From Blastocatellia bacterium (GTDB taxonomy: Bacteria; Acidobacteriota; Blastocatellia; Chloracidobacteriales; JADJPF01), in contig JBDIBI010000003.1 of the NCBI GenBank assembly GCA_039812885.1, forward strand, positions 143,237-207,236: a stretch of 64,000 nucleotides of DNA. The letters are read 5' to 3'. This document shows positions 27,494 through 36,700 of the stretch, piece by piece. How positions within the stretch are numbered: the first letter of the stretch is position 1; every line of letters begins with the position of its first letter. The translations under genes and the position numbers were made by a program. The notes beneath the pieces are model-generated. The model worked only from the letters and a program-made list of their open reading frames with translations. It was not told the origin of the DNA and did no database searches.

Positions 27494-29080
27494 ATGTTGA
27501 CTACTAGGGCAGATAATAATACAACTCAAGATATAGAGCTTTTTGCTCGAATTAAGCCAATTGTTGGGGATACACTTTTTAATCGTAAAGTAGTTATTTT
27601 AGGCAATGAACAAATGGTTTTGCTAATAGAATATTTAGTTTGTTGTGGAGTTGTAAATTTTGAACTTCTAGAGCTAGATGAACAAGTTAACGAAAATGCC
27701 AAGCCTTTAGTAAAAGCGTTAGAAGAGGTTTCTAAGAGATTACAATTAAAAATCAATTTTCAAACTTGGAGCAAAGAAAATCTTGAAAAATTAAGCACTC
27801 AAAACATAGACTTAATTGTTGGAAGTGGCGACTACAACGCTTTTCAACAAACAAAAACACTTGTCTATAAAAGTGGAAAAGCAGGCATTTTTTATTTGTT
27901 AACTCCTAGTAGCAGTGGGTTAATTATATTTTTACAGCCAAATAATCTAGTGGAATTACCTGTAAATCTTTTTTCTAATAATTCTATATATCAATTTACT
28001 TATTTACACTTAACTAATGTAGTAGCAAATTATGCTAAAGGCCTATTATTAAAAGGAACAAAGTTTGCTAGATTGGATATAGAATCGATTGTAAACAATC
28101 ATCAAATGTTGTTGGTAGGTCATCCTACTTGGCCTTGGGCAATTAAAGCAATTACAGCTTTTGAATTTCCTTATTTGCTTACTAATGTAATTACTCAAAA
28201 TGAGTCAACCCCAAAGTTAACAGGTAAAAAATATCTGGTGGTTGGCTTAGGTAGTTTAGGAAGTGTTATATCAGATAGTCTATTTGATTTAGGGGCAGAT
28301 CTAGTATTAGTTGATGGGGAAAAAGTTGAAAAAGCTAATCCAATTCGTCAGCTTTATAGTGTTGACCAAGTAGGGTTGCCTAAAGCAATTGCTTTATCTA
28401 AACGGCTTAGCAACAAAAGTTTCTACAAAGAGCAAAAAGTTGTAAGTTGTGAGTTAGTAATTACTCCAGATAATATTGAGGAATTTGAGAAATTAATAGA
28501 AATTCACAAGCCTGATGTAGCTGTAGTAGCTACAGGAACAGGCAATGATAGAATTATTTCTCAAAGCTTACTTTCAAAACAAATTCCACATGTTGTAGTG
28601 AGTTGTTATGCTAGAGCTAGGTTTTTTGAAGCAATTGTTGTAGATGCTAAAGGTAGTCCATGTTTTGGTTGTATGAGGGGACATCTTTACTTAGGTAAGA
28701 TGCCAAGTTTAACTCCTGAGCAAAAGGCTAGATATGTAAGTTCTGAGAGTGATCTAATGGCTGAACCTGCTACTAGAATTGAAACAAGTCGTGCTGCTGA
28801 TTTAGCTACACATATAGCTTATGGATTAAGTAATTTAGAATATGCACCTTGGCTAGATCGAGCATTAAAAGAAGAAAAAACATTTTTTCTTGGTGGAAAC
28901 GTAGCAGAGTATCAAGATGGAGAATGGGCATATACGATCAATCAGCCAAGTGAAGTAAAATTATTTGGATTAAGTGATATTACTGGACGAGGAAATTACA
29001 TAGAATGTTGGGATTGTGGGAGAAAACTTCATGTAGAAGTTCAGCAAAAAAATCTAGGAGTCATAGAAAAGATAGAATAA
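27494..29080 (+). CDS. E1-like ThiF/MoeB-family adenylating enzyme with an N-terminal degenerate (inactive-type) Rossmann domain
   Basis: C-terminal half: KYLVVGLGSLGSVISDSLFDLGADLVLVDGEKVEKANPIRQLY (GxGxxG, acidic residue, Arg finger), GLPKA, ATGTGNDR, and two CxxC pairs (CFGC at 390-393, CWDC at 505-508) as in MoeB/ThiF. N-terminal half: RKVVILGNEQMVLLIEYLVCCGVVNFELL resembles the same fold but lacks the glycine motif. The start overlaps the JAB stop (taatatg). Confidence 0.75.
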   Translation: MLTTRADNNTTQDIELFARIKPIVGDTLFNRKVVILGNEQMVLLIEYLVCCGVVNFELLELDEQVNENAKPLVKALEEVSKRLQLKINFQTWSKENLEKLSTQNIDLIVGSGDYNAFQQTKTLVYKSGKAGIFYLLTPSSSGLIIFLQPNNLVELPVNLFSNNSIYQFTYLHLTNVVANYAKGLLLKGTKFARLDIESIVNNHQMLLVGHPTWPWAIKAITAFEFPYLLTNVITQNESTPKLTGKKYLVVGLGSLGSVISDSLFDLGADLVLVDGEKVEKANPIRQLYSVDQVGLPKAIALSKRLSNKSFYKEQKVVSCELVITPDNIEEFEKLIEIHKPDVAVVATGTGNDRIISQSLLSKQIPHVVVSCYARARFFEAIVVDAKGSPCFGCMRGHLYLGKMPSLTPEQKARYVSSESDLMAEPATRIETSRAADLATHIAYGLSNLEYAPWLDRALKEEKTFFLGGNVAEYQDGEWAYTINQPSEVKLFGLSDITGRGNYIECWDCGRKLHVEVQQKNLGVIEKIE

Positions 29081-29242
29081 AATTGAAAAATTAAGGGGAA
29101 ATAACTTTCTTATTTGCTTGACTTTGAGTGTTGTCTGAAATAATGTTTAACACATTAATTTGTTTTAATATAGCTAGTTTAGGTTATTAAAACCTAACTT
29201 AAACATTATTTGTTTGCTGGCATCAATAGTTAGGAGTTTGTT

Positions 29243-30262
29243 GTGACTAACTCTCAACAAGTAAATAAGCTATCAGAATCACATTTTGCTAGTAAAATAA
29301 ATAACTTGTTATGGCTTTTTGTCAAAGTCATATCTGTAATCTTAGTTTTATCAATATTGTTGGTTACCATAACAGTAGCCTTTACTTGGGCACCGGATCA
29401 GCCAGTATCCGTTTTACAAACTCGCTGGGCTCCGCCTCCATCCGCTTTTCTAGATGTTGCAGGAATGAAAGTTCATATTAGAGATGAAGGCCCTAAAGAT
29501 GATCCAACCCCTTTGATCATGATTCATGGAACTTCTTCTAGCTTGCATACTTGGGAAGGTTGGACACAAGAACTTAAAAAACAAAAAAGGGTTATTTCCT
29601 TTGATTTACCAGGTTTTGGCCTTACAGGCCCTTCTCCAGATAATGACTACACCATAAAAAACTATGTACGGTTTGTAAAATCAATACTTGATAAACTGAA
29701 TGTGCAGCATTGCACCTTGGTTGGTAATTCTTTTGGAGGCTTAATTTCTTGTGCAACAGCACTAGCAATGCCTGAACGTATCCAGAAACTTATTTTAGTG
29801 GATTCTGCTGGTTGTCCAGATGCTGAATCAAGCTCAGTTCCTATTGCTTTTTGGGTTGCAGGCACGCCTTTAGTAAACCAACTAGCGGAAATTACTTTAC
29901 CACGTAGTTTTATAGAATCTAGTGTAAAAGATGTTTATGGAAATCCTGACAAAGTAACTCCAGAAATAGTAGATCGTTACTTTGACTTGGCTTTGCGTGA
30001 AGGTAATAGACATGCACTTGTACAAATGATTGAACAATCAATATCAGATGTTTTGATTGATCAAATGCATAAGCTAAAACAACCAACCCTTATTTTATGG
30101 GGAGGAAAAGATAGCTTAATTCCTCCTGATCAAGCCGAACAATTTCATCATGAAATAGCTGGTAGTCAAGTTGTAATGTTTGAGGATCTTGGACATGTTC
30201 CACAGGAAGAAGATCCTATTCGCACTGTAATTAGTGTAAAACGGTTTCTTGGATTAAGATAA
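29243..30262 (+). CDS. Alpha/beta-fold hydrolase, membrane anchored
   Basis: N-terminal TM (LLWLFVKVISVILVLSILLVTITVAF), HG oxyanion motif (IMIHGTSSS), nucleophile elbow VGNSFGG and a C-terminal GHVPQEE His motif. Confidence 0.75.
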   Translation: MTNSQQVNKLSESHFASKINNLLWLFVKVISVILVLSILLVTITVAFTWAPDQPVSVLQTRWAPPPSAFLDVAGMKVHIRDEGPKDDPTPLIMIHGTSSSLHTWEGWTQELKKQKRVISFDLPGFGLTGPSPDNDYTIKNYVRFVKSILDKLNVQHCTLVGNSFGGLISCATALAMPERIQKLILVDSAGCPDAESSSVPIAFWVAGTPLVNQLAEITLPRSFIESSVKDVYGNPDKVTPEIVDRYFDLALREGNRHALVQMIEQSISDVLIDQMHKLKQPTLILWGGKDSLIPPDQAEQFHHEIAGSQVVMFEDLGHVPQEEDPIRTVISVKRFLGLR

Positions 30263-30334
30263 TATATATCACTTCTACGTAGTTTATTACTCTTATTACT
30301 TACCATTTTTAATTCTAGATAACTTAATAAAATG

Positions 30335-30362
30335 TTGACTTTTAGCTATAGCTTTGTAATAT
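30335..30362 (+). promoter_or_regulatory. Sigma70-like promoter upstream of aceK
   Basis: TTGACT (30335-30340), 16-nt spacer, TAATAT (30357-30362). Confidence 0.4.
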
Positions 30363-30407
30363 CAACAACTCTTGCAATTTCTAGTTTAAGTGTGAAGGAA
30401 ACTCAAA

Positions 30408-32129
30408 GTGAATATCGAAAAAATTTCTTATACCAATGCAGAGCTTATTGTAAAAGGATTTGAGGCTTTTGATAAGGAATTTAGAAACATTACTAGCCGT
30501 GCTAAGAGCAGATTTGAAAATCGAGATAATTTTGGTTTTTATAATGATGCTAATGAACGACTAGAGCTTTATACAAAATCAGTAAAAGAGCTAGTTGTTA
30601 AACTTAAGGAAAATCTAGGTGATAGAAGCCAAGAAAAAGAAATTTGGGTTGGTATAAAGAAGAATTATTCACAATTTATATCTAATTTTGGTAACTTGGA
30701 GATTGCAGAGACATTTTTTAATTCAGTAACAAGAAAAATTTTTACAACTACTGGTGTAGATCCAGAAGTTGAATATGTAGACTCTGACTTTGAAACTTTT
30801 CCTCAGCCTTCTCAAGAAACTATTTATTGTAGTTATCAAGCAAGTAATTTGCCTCAAACAATAGAGAAAATCCTAATAGATTTTAAATTTGATGTTAACT
30901 ATGAAAATATTTCTGTGGATATTAAATTACTAGTAGAACGAATTACAGAAGAAATAGGTAGTAATATAGATTCAATAGAACTTTTAACCTCATTATTCTA
31001 CCGCAATAAGAAAGCTTGGATTATAGGAAGAATTCGTTATCAAGATGGCTTTGTCCCTTTGGCTATGGCATTAATCAATGGAAGTGCAGGTGTTTATGTA
31101 GATACTGTTTTACTAACTCAAAATGAAGTAAGTATTATTTTTAGTTTTACTCGTTCTTATTTTCATGTAGAAACACAAAGACCCCATGAAGTAATAGCTT
31201 TTTTAAAAACAATAATGCCGCTAAAACCTATTGCAGAACTCTATATTTCTATTGGTTACAATAAGCATGGAAAAACAGAACTTTATAGAGACCTGCTTCA
31301 TCATTTAGAGAAGTCTTCTGATAAATTTGAGTTTGCTAAGGGTAAGAAAGGAATGGTGATGTCTGTTTTTACACTACCTTCTTATGATGTAGTGTTTAAG
31401 ATAATTAAAGATAAACCAGATTATCCTAAAAAGAGTACTCGTCAAGATGTAATAGACAAATATAACTTAGTTTTTACTCATGACCGTGCAGGAAGATTAG
31501 TTGATGCTCAAGAATATGAACATCTAAAGTTTGATAAAAATAGGTTTTCACAGGACTTACTAGAAGAATTGGTAAAAGTTGCTGCAAGTAGTATTGTTGT
31601 AGAAGATGGGAGTGTGATTATCAAACATCTTTATAGTGAGAGAAAATTAGTTCCTCTTAATATCTATGTAAAGGAAATGCCATTTCAATTGGCTACAGAA
31701 GCCATTATAGACTATGGAAATGCTATTAAGGATTTAGTTGCAGCTAATATATTTCCTGGGGATATTTTAATAAAGAACTTTGGAGTTACTAGACATGGAA
31801 GAGTAATTTTCTATGACTATGATGAGCTTTGTCTGCTTACAGAATGCAATTTCCGAGCAATTCCCCCTGCTAGAAATTATTTTGATGAACTTGATTCAGA
31901 GCCTTGGTATTACGTAGCGGAAAATGACATATTTCCAGAAGAATTTAAGTCTTTCTTAGATCTGGAAGGAGATTTAAGAGAGATTTTTCTTAATTTTCAT
32001 GGAGACTTATTTAAAGTTAATTTTTGGCTTAACTTACAAAATAGAATAAAAGCTGGTGAGATTCCTGATATATTTCCTTATAAACCAAGTCGGAAGCTAA
32101 GAAATGCTACCAATGAGATTGCTATATAG
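30408..32129 (+). CDS. aceK: Isocitrate dehydrogenase kinase/phosphatase
   Basis: 573 aa. The N-terminus (AELIVKGFEAFDKEFRNITSRAKSRFENRD) and overall length match the AceK family. GTG start. Confidence 0.8.
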   Translation: MNIEKISYTNAELIVKGFEAFDKEFRNITSRAKSRFENRDNFGFYNDANERLELYTKSVKELVVKLKENLGDRSQEKEIWVGIKKNYSQFISNFGNLEIAETFFNSVTRKIFTTTGVDPEVEYVDSDFETFPQPSQETIYCSYQASNLPQTIEKILIDFKFDVNYENISVDIKLLVERITEEIGSNIDSIELLTSLFYRNKKAWIIGRIRYQDGFVPLAMALINGSAGVYVDTVLLTQNEVSIIFSFTRSYFHVETQRPHEVIAFLKTIMPLKPIAELYISIGYNKHGKTELYRDLLHHLEKSSDKFEFAKGKKGMVMSVFTLPSYDVVFKIIKDKPDYPKKSTRQDVIDKYNLVFTHDRAGRLVDAQEYEHLKFDKNRFSQDLLEELVKVAASSIVVEDGSVIIKHLYSERKLVPLNIYVKEMPFQLATEAIIDYGNAIKDLVAANIFPGDILIKNFGVTRHGRVIFYDYDELCLLTECNFRAIPPARNYFDELDSEPWYYVAENDIFPEEFKSFLDLEGDLREIFLNFHGDLFKVNFWLNLQNRIKAGEIPDIFPYKPSRKLRNATNEIAI

Positions 32130-32222
32130 TTTTATATGGGAAGTTATTGTATAGAGTAGTTACAGGTAGAAAATCGGTTGGCAAAAAGTCCAAGCGATTT
32201 TTAGAGGATGTTTAGGTTTTAT

Positions 32223-32708
32223 CTAAAAAGCTTTTTCTAGAGAAACAATTAATGTAGTGTCAGAAAGTTTAATAATATCACCGTTTCTAAGCCAACATCT
32301 AGTAATAGCAAGGTCATTTACAAAAGTTTTATTTCTAGAGGCGGTATCAAAAAGCTCTGCACGACCTGTAGAATGAACAATAATAAAACAATGTCTACGA
32401 GAAATATAAGGATCATCTAAAACTATATTGTTATCACTATATCTACCAATAGTATTTTTGCCGAATTTCAAAGTATAGGTATCTAAACCTACTCGAAGTG
32501 TATAGCGAGAATCGACTTTCTTAGCTGATAATATAGCTGGATCTATACAAATTTCTCCTAAAGGGTAAGCAGGGCGAAGAAATTCCAATAGATTAGTGCT
32601 ATTACCCATAGAAGAGTCTGCTTCTTTGCGGATAGCTTTAAATTGCTCACGTCTTTGAGGTTCATCCCAAAGATGTGCACTAGTAGTTTTAAATAGGTTA
32701 TCATCCAT
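32223..32708 (-). CDS. FHA-domain protein
   Basis: IGRYSDNNIVLDDPYISRRHCFIIVHSTGRAELFDTASRNKTFVND is a typical FHA core (GR...S..H...N.T.vN). Confidence 0.75.
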   Translation of the reverse strand: MDDNLFKTTSAHLWDEPQRREQFKAIRKEADSSMGNSTNLLEFLRPAYPLGEICIDPAILSAKKVDSRYTLRVGLDTYTLKFGKNTIGRYSDNNIVLDDPYISRRHCFIIVHSTGRAELFDTASRNKTFVNDLAITRCWLRNGDIIKLSDTTLIVSLEKAF

Positions 32709-32888
32709 AGCTATCTCCTCTCTACAAGATTTTTCTAATAAGTTACCTTATTAGTACCATTTAGAACTAAGATTAGTTTCAGCTTATTTTCGTTTGCTAA
32801 AAATAATGTTTTTTGTAGTTTTGAGTGTTAGGGTAGATTAGGTTTAGATAAAGTGTTTTTATGATGAGATTAGATATATCATAAATTA

Positions 32889-33632
32889 TTAATAAAATAC
32901 AGAGTTGGAGTTAGGTAAATTAGTATTTCTAAGAACTCTGACCCATTTGAAAAGCTGGTCTGAAATAAAATAAAGTTTTTTAGAATTAAATGTATAAGGA
33001 GTAATAGTGTAAACACTTTCATCTTTTAACCCAACTCGTATCCTATACCAACTATAACCTTCTCTGTCGCTGTCTTCATCTACATAAACTCTAGAAATAT
33101 CTCTAATAGTAAACCTACGATTATAAAACCAAGGAAATGGACCATGAGAAATAATGATTTCAGATGAAGTAGCTCTTATAGTAGTTTTATTAAAGCAATT
33201 AGCTATAGCAAAATAGTTTAATATAGCCATTAGGATAAGTACAATAGTAGTAACAGTGAGATTAAAATTAGTAGATTCTGGATTTCTGCTAATTTGGTTA
33301 AATCTTTCAAATAGTAGTAGGGATGAAAAAGTAATTGAAGCTAAAAGAAGAAATATAGAATAACCAGTAACCCATTTATAAGTTAAAGTACAACTGTCAC
33401 TACCAATGACAATACTTATGTTTCTAGGGCATATATCAGGAGCAGTTGCAGCTATTGTTTCAAATGCAGGACAACCGGGTTGAATAAGAGGTTGATTAGG
33501 TGGAGAACATCTTAAACAATGGTTTAGCTGTGGGTCAAAACGATCTTTTTGATGGCATATTTCACAACGTTCTGGTAAGAATTGGGCTTTGATTTTTAAC
33601 TTAGACATAATTGCTATTATTAGTTTAACCAA
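32889..33632 (-). CDS. Membrane protein with N-terminal zinc ribbon
   Basis: CEICHQKDRFDPQLNHCLRC, then two clear hydrophobic helices (YSIFLLLASITFSSLLLF; VTTIVLILMAILNYFAIA) and an uncharacterised C-terminal domain. Confidence 0.5.
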   Translation of the reverse strand: MVKLIIAIMSKLKIKAQFLPERCEICHQKDRFDPQLNHCLRCSPPNQPLIQPGCPAFETIAATAPDICPRNISIVIGSDSCTLTYKWVTGYSIFLLLASITFSSLLLFERFNQISRNPESTNFNLTVTTIVLILMAILNYFAIANCFNKTTIRATSSEIIISHGPFPWFYNRRFTIRDISRVYVDEDSDREGYSWYRIRVGLKDESVYTITPYTFNSKKLYFISDQLFKWVRVLRNTNLPNSNSVFY

Positions 33633-33759
33633 TACTAAAAGTGTTAGGACGGTTTTTTATATAATCGTCTACATTTTAACTATAATAATACTCTAGAAAA
33701 GCTACAAAAGTTTCTTAAATAGTTATTATTAGTTGGTGATGTTAAAAGAGCAAATTCTA

Positions 33760-36700
33760 TTATTCGTTAGGTTTTTGAAGTGTAATTTGCTCAGAAGGAA
33801 TGATTTTGTCTGTATCTGGAGAACTTTTTTTAGCGGATATTATTATTGTTGCTTGCTCAGATTTTGAAACATCTTGGTCTTTTTCTCCTTTTAACTCTAT
33901 TTCCTCGGTAGTGTGTAATGATTTATATTCAATCCCTGTTATATTAGCGAATATGCTAGCTATTTCTTCTAAAGAAGGCCGTTCCTCTGGTTTTTTCTTT
34001 AGTGCAGCTAATACAATTGCTTCTATTTCATCAGGAGTTTCAGGAGTAAAATCTTTTATAGGATTAGGTTCTTGAAAAAGATGTGCTGCTGTAATTGCTG
34101 GAAAACTCGACATTTTATCTTGGAAAGGTAATCGACCAGACAGTAGTTCATACAAAATAATACCTAAACTATAAGTATCTGAACTTCCATCATAGGCTTT
34201 AAGTGCAAGCCGTTCAGGTGCCATATAAATAGGTGTTCCAATGATTCCACCTGTTTTAGTTAAATGAAGGTTATTTTGTTCACTCTCACCCATATCTATT
34301 AGTTTAGCAATACCAAAGTCAAGTACCTTAACTACTTCACCTTCAATAGTATAATGTAAGAAAATATTATCAGGTTTAATATCTCTATGTATAATACCAG
34401 ATTTATGAGCTTTAGATAAAACTTTGCAAATGGGTATTGCTATTTCAGCACATCTTTTAACTGATAATTTTCCTTCTTTCCTTAATTCTGATTTAAGAGT
34501 GTGTCCTTGTAATAATTCCATAACTAAGTAAGGAATTCCTTCACTAGAAATACCTGAATCCAGTATTGCAACAGCGTTTGGATGATTAACACGACAAGTT
34601 GAAATAGCTTCACGTTGAAAGCGTTCTAAATTTTCTACTGAGTCATTGCCTGGAGAAGGAGAAAATACTTTTACTGCAACATGGCGTTTTATATTTAGAT
34701 GCATAGCTTTATAAACTGCCCCAAAACCACCACTTCCAATTTTTTCTTCTAATTTATATTTTCCATCTAATACAGTTCCTGGAAGTGCTTCTGAGAGGAC
34801 TGCGAATATACGATTTGCTTTTTGGTTAAGCTGTAAAAGATCTTCATAATTTTCTGCTAACTCGCGGTTTTTACTGTTTAGTTGTTCATTTTTCTGTTTT
34901 AATTCTTCGGTTCTTTCTTGTACTTTTTTCTCTAGTTCTTGGTTACGTATTGTAAGAAGTCCTAAACGGTAATTGTGAAATAGAAAAATGGATGAGCTAA
35001 TAACAAGTAGATAAAGAAAATAAGCTAGATTAGTTTTCCACCAAGGAGGAAAAATTATTATTTTTACTGCAATTCCTTCATTATTCCATAAACCATCATT
35101 GTTTGAAGCAATTACGCGAAATGTATATTCTCCTGGTGATAAGTTAGAATATCTAGCAAATCTTTTAGTGCTATCTGTATCAATCCACGCTTTATCTGTT
35201 CCTTCCATTTTAACACGATATTTGTTTTTTTCTGGGCGTATGAAGTTAAGTGCAGAAAACTCAATCTCAACAAAATTTTTGTTGTATGGAAAATTAAGCT
35301 CAGCATTTGCAGATAAAAAATGTTGGTAGTTATCATAGGTTGTGCTACCGTCATAAACCTTAAAACTTGTTATTACAATATTAGGGGCTCTTTCATTATT
35401 TTTTATTGTACTAGGATAAAACCGATTAAATCCATTTACTCCTCCAAAGAAAAGCTCTCCTTTTGAACTTTTGTAGTAAGAGCCAAAGTTAAACTCATTA
35501 TTTTGTAACCCATCTGTATCAGTATAATGCCAAATATCATTGGTTTTAGGGTCATACTTTATAAGCCCTTTGTTGCTACTCATCCAGAGAAAGCCTTTTT
35601 CATCCTCTAATATTCCATAGATAAAATCATTGAGAAGTGCAATATCAGGGATAGTTGAAAACTCTCCAGAAGTGGAATCCATCTTATTTAATCCATTTTC
35701 AGTGGCTACAAACACGATGCCTGATTTGGTTTTATAAGCACAGGTTATAGCATTAGTATTGATGGTTTTATTATTTTGAGGGTCATGTGTATAGGCAATA
35801 AAAGAGTCTTTTTCTTTATTGTAAAGAAAAAGTCCATTACCTGTAGAAACCCAGATATTTTCTAGATCGTCTTCATAAATTTGTCGAACACGATTGGTAC
35901 TAAGCTTGTTTGGAGATACATCTCTTGAGTAAATATCTAAGGTTTTAGTGTTAAGATCGAACTTATATATTCCTTTGCTGTTAGTTCCAAACCAAAGATT
36001 TTTTTTCTTATCTTCCAAAATAACATTACTATATATTTGTTTTAGGCTATCAGGTAAATCAAGTTTATCTGTTATAAACTGTTCAAGTTCAACACTATAT
36101 ACCTTTAACCCTTTATTAGTCGCTATCCAAATTAATCCTGATGAATCTTTAGCCATTGCTAAGATTAAATCACTAGACAATGCATTTGGATCTTTTGGAT
36201 TAGATTGAAATTTATTAATAAGTTTGTTATCAGAAGAATATCTATATAAACCATTAAGAGTTCCAACCCAAATATAACTCTTAGAGTCTTCACAAAATCC
36301 TGTAACAGAACTCTTTGTTGGCGATAAGGAATCAAGATTAAATTGTGGTCTAATTGGTGAAAATCGGTTGCTTAGTGAATTGAGCTTAATTAGTCCTGTA
36401 TCAGAAGCAGCTAACCACATTTCATTTGCAGAGTCAAAAAATACTTGATTAATAACTGTATTTTTTAGATTTGATGAAAGTTCATACTCAGTAAATTTTT
36501 CAGTATTTGGGTCAAAACTTAATATTTTGTCTATCATTGTTATCCATAAAATTCCTAGATGATCACAAGAAATAGAATTAATAACAGGCTGAAATAAAGA
36601 ATTTCCTATTGGTAAACTAAAACAATTGTAAATATTGTTTGCTTTCTCATCATACCTACATAATTTATCAGAAGTAGCCACCCAAATATTGCCATTTAAA

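Noticed and set aside
29243-30262. I considered whether the alpha/beta hydrolase is a sixth member or effector of the conjugation cluster.
   Set aside because: It is separated from the E1 stop by 162 bp of AT-rich sequence and has its own signal anchor. There is no overlap or coupling as seen for JAB-E1. Nothing in the sequence ties it to the cluster, so I left it as a neighbour only.
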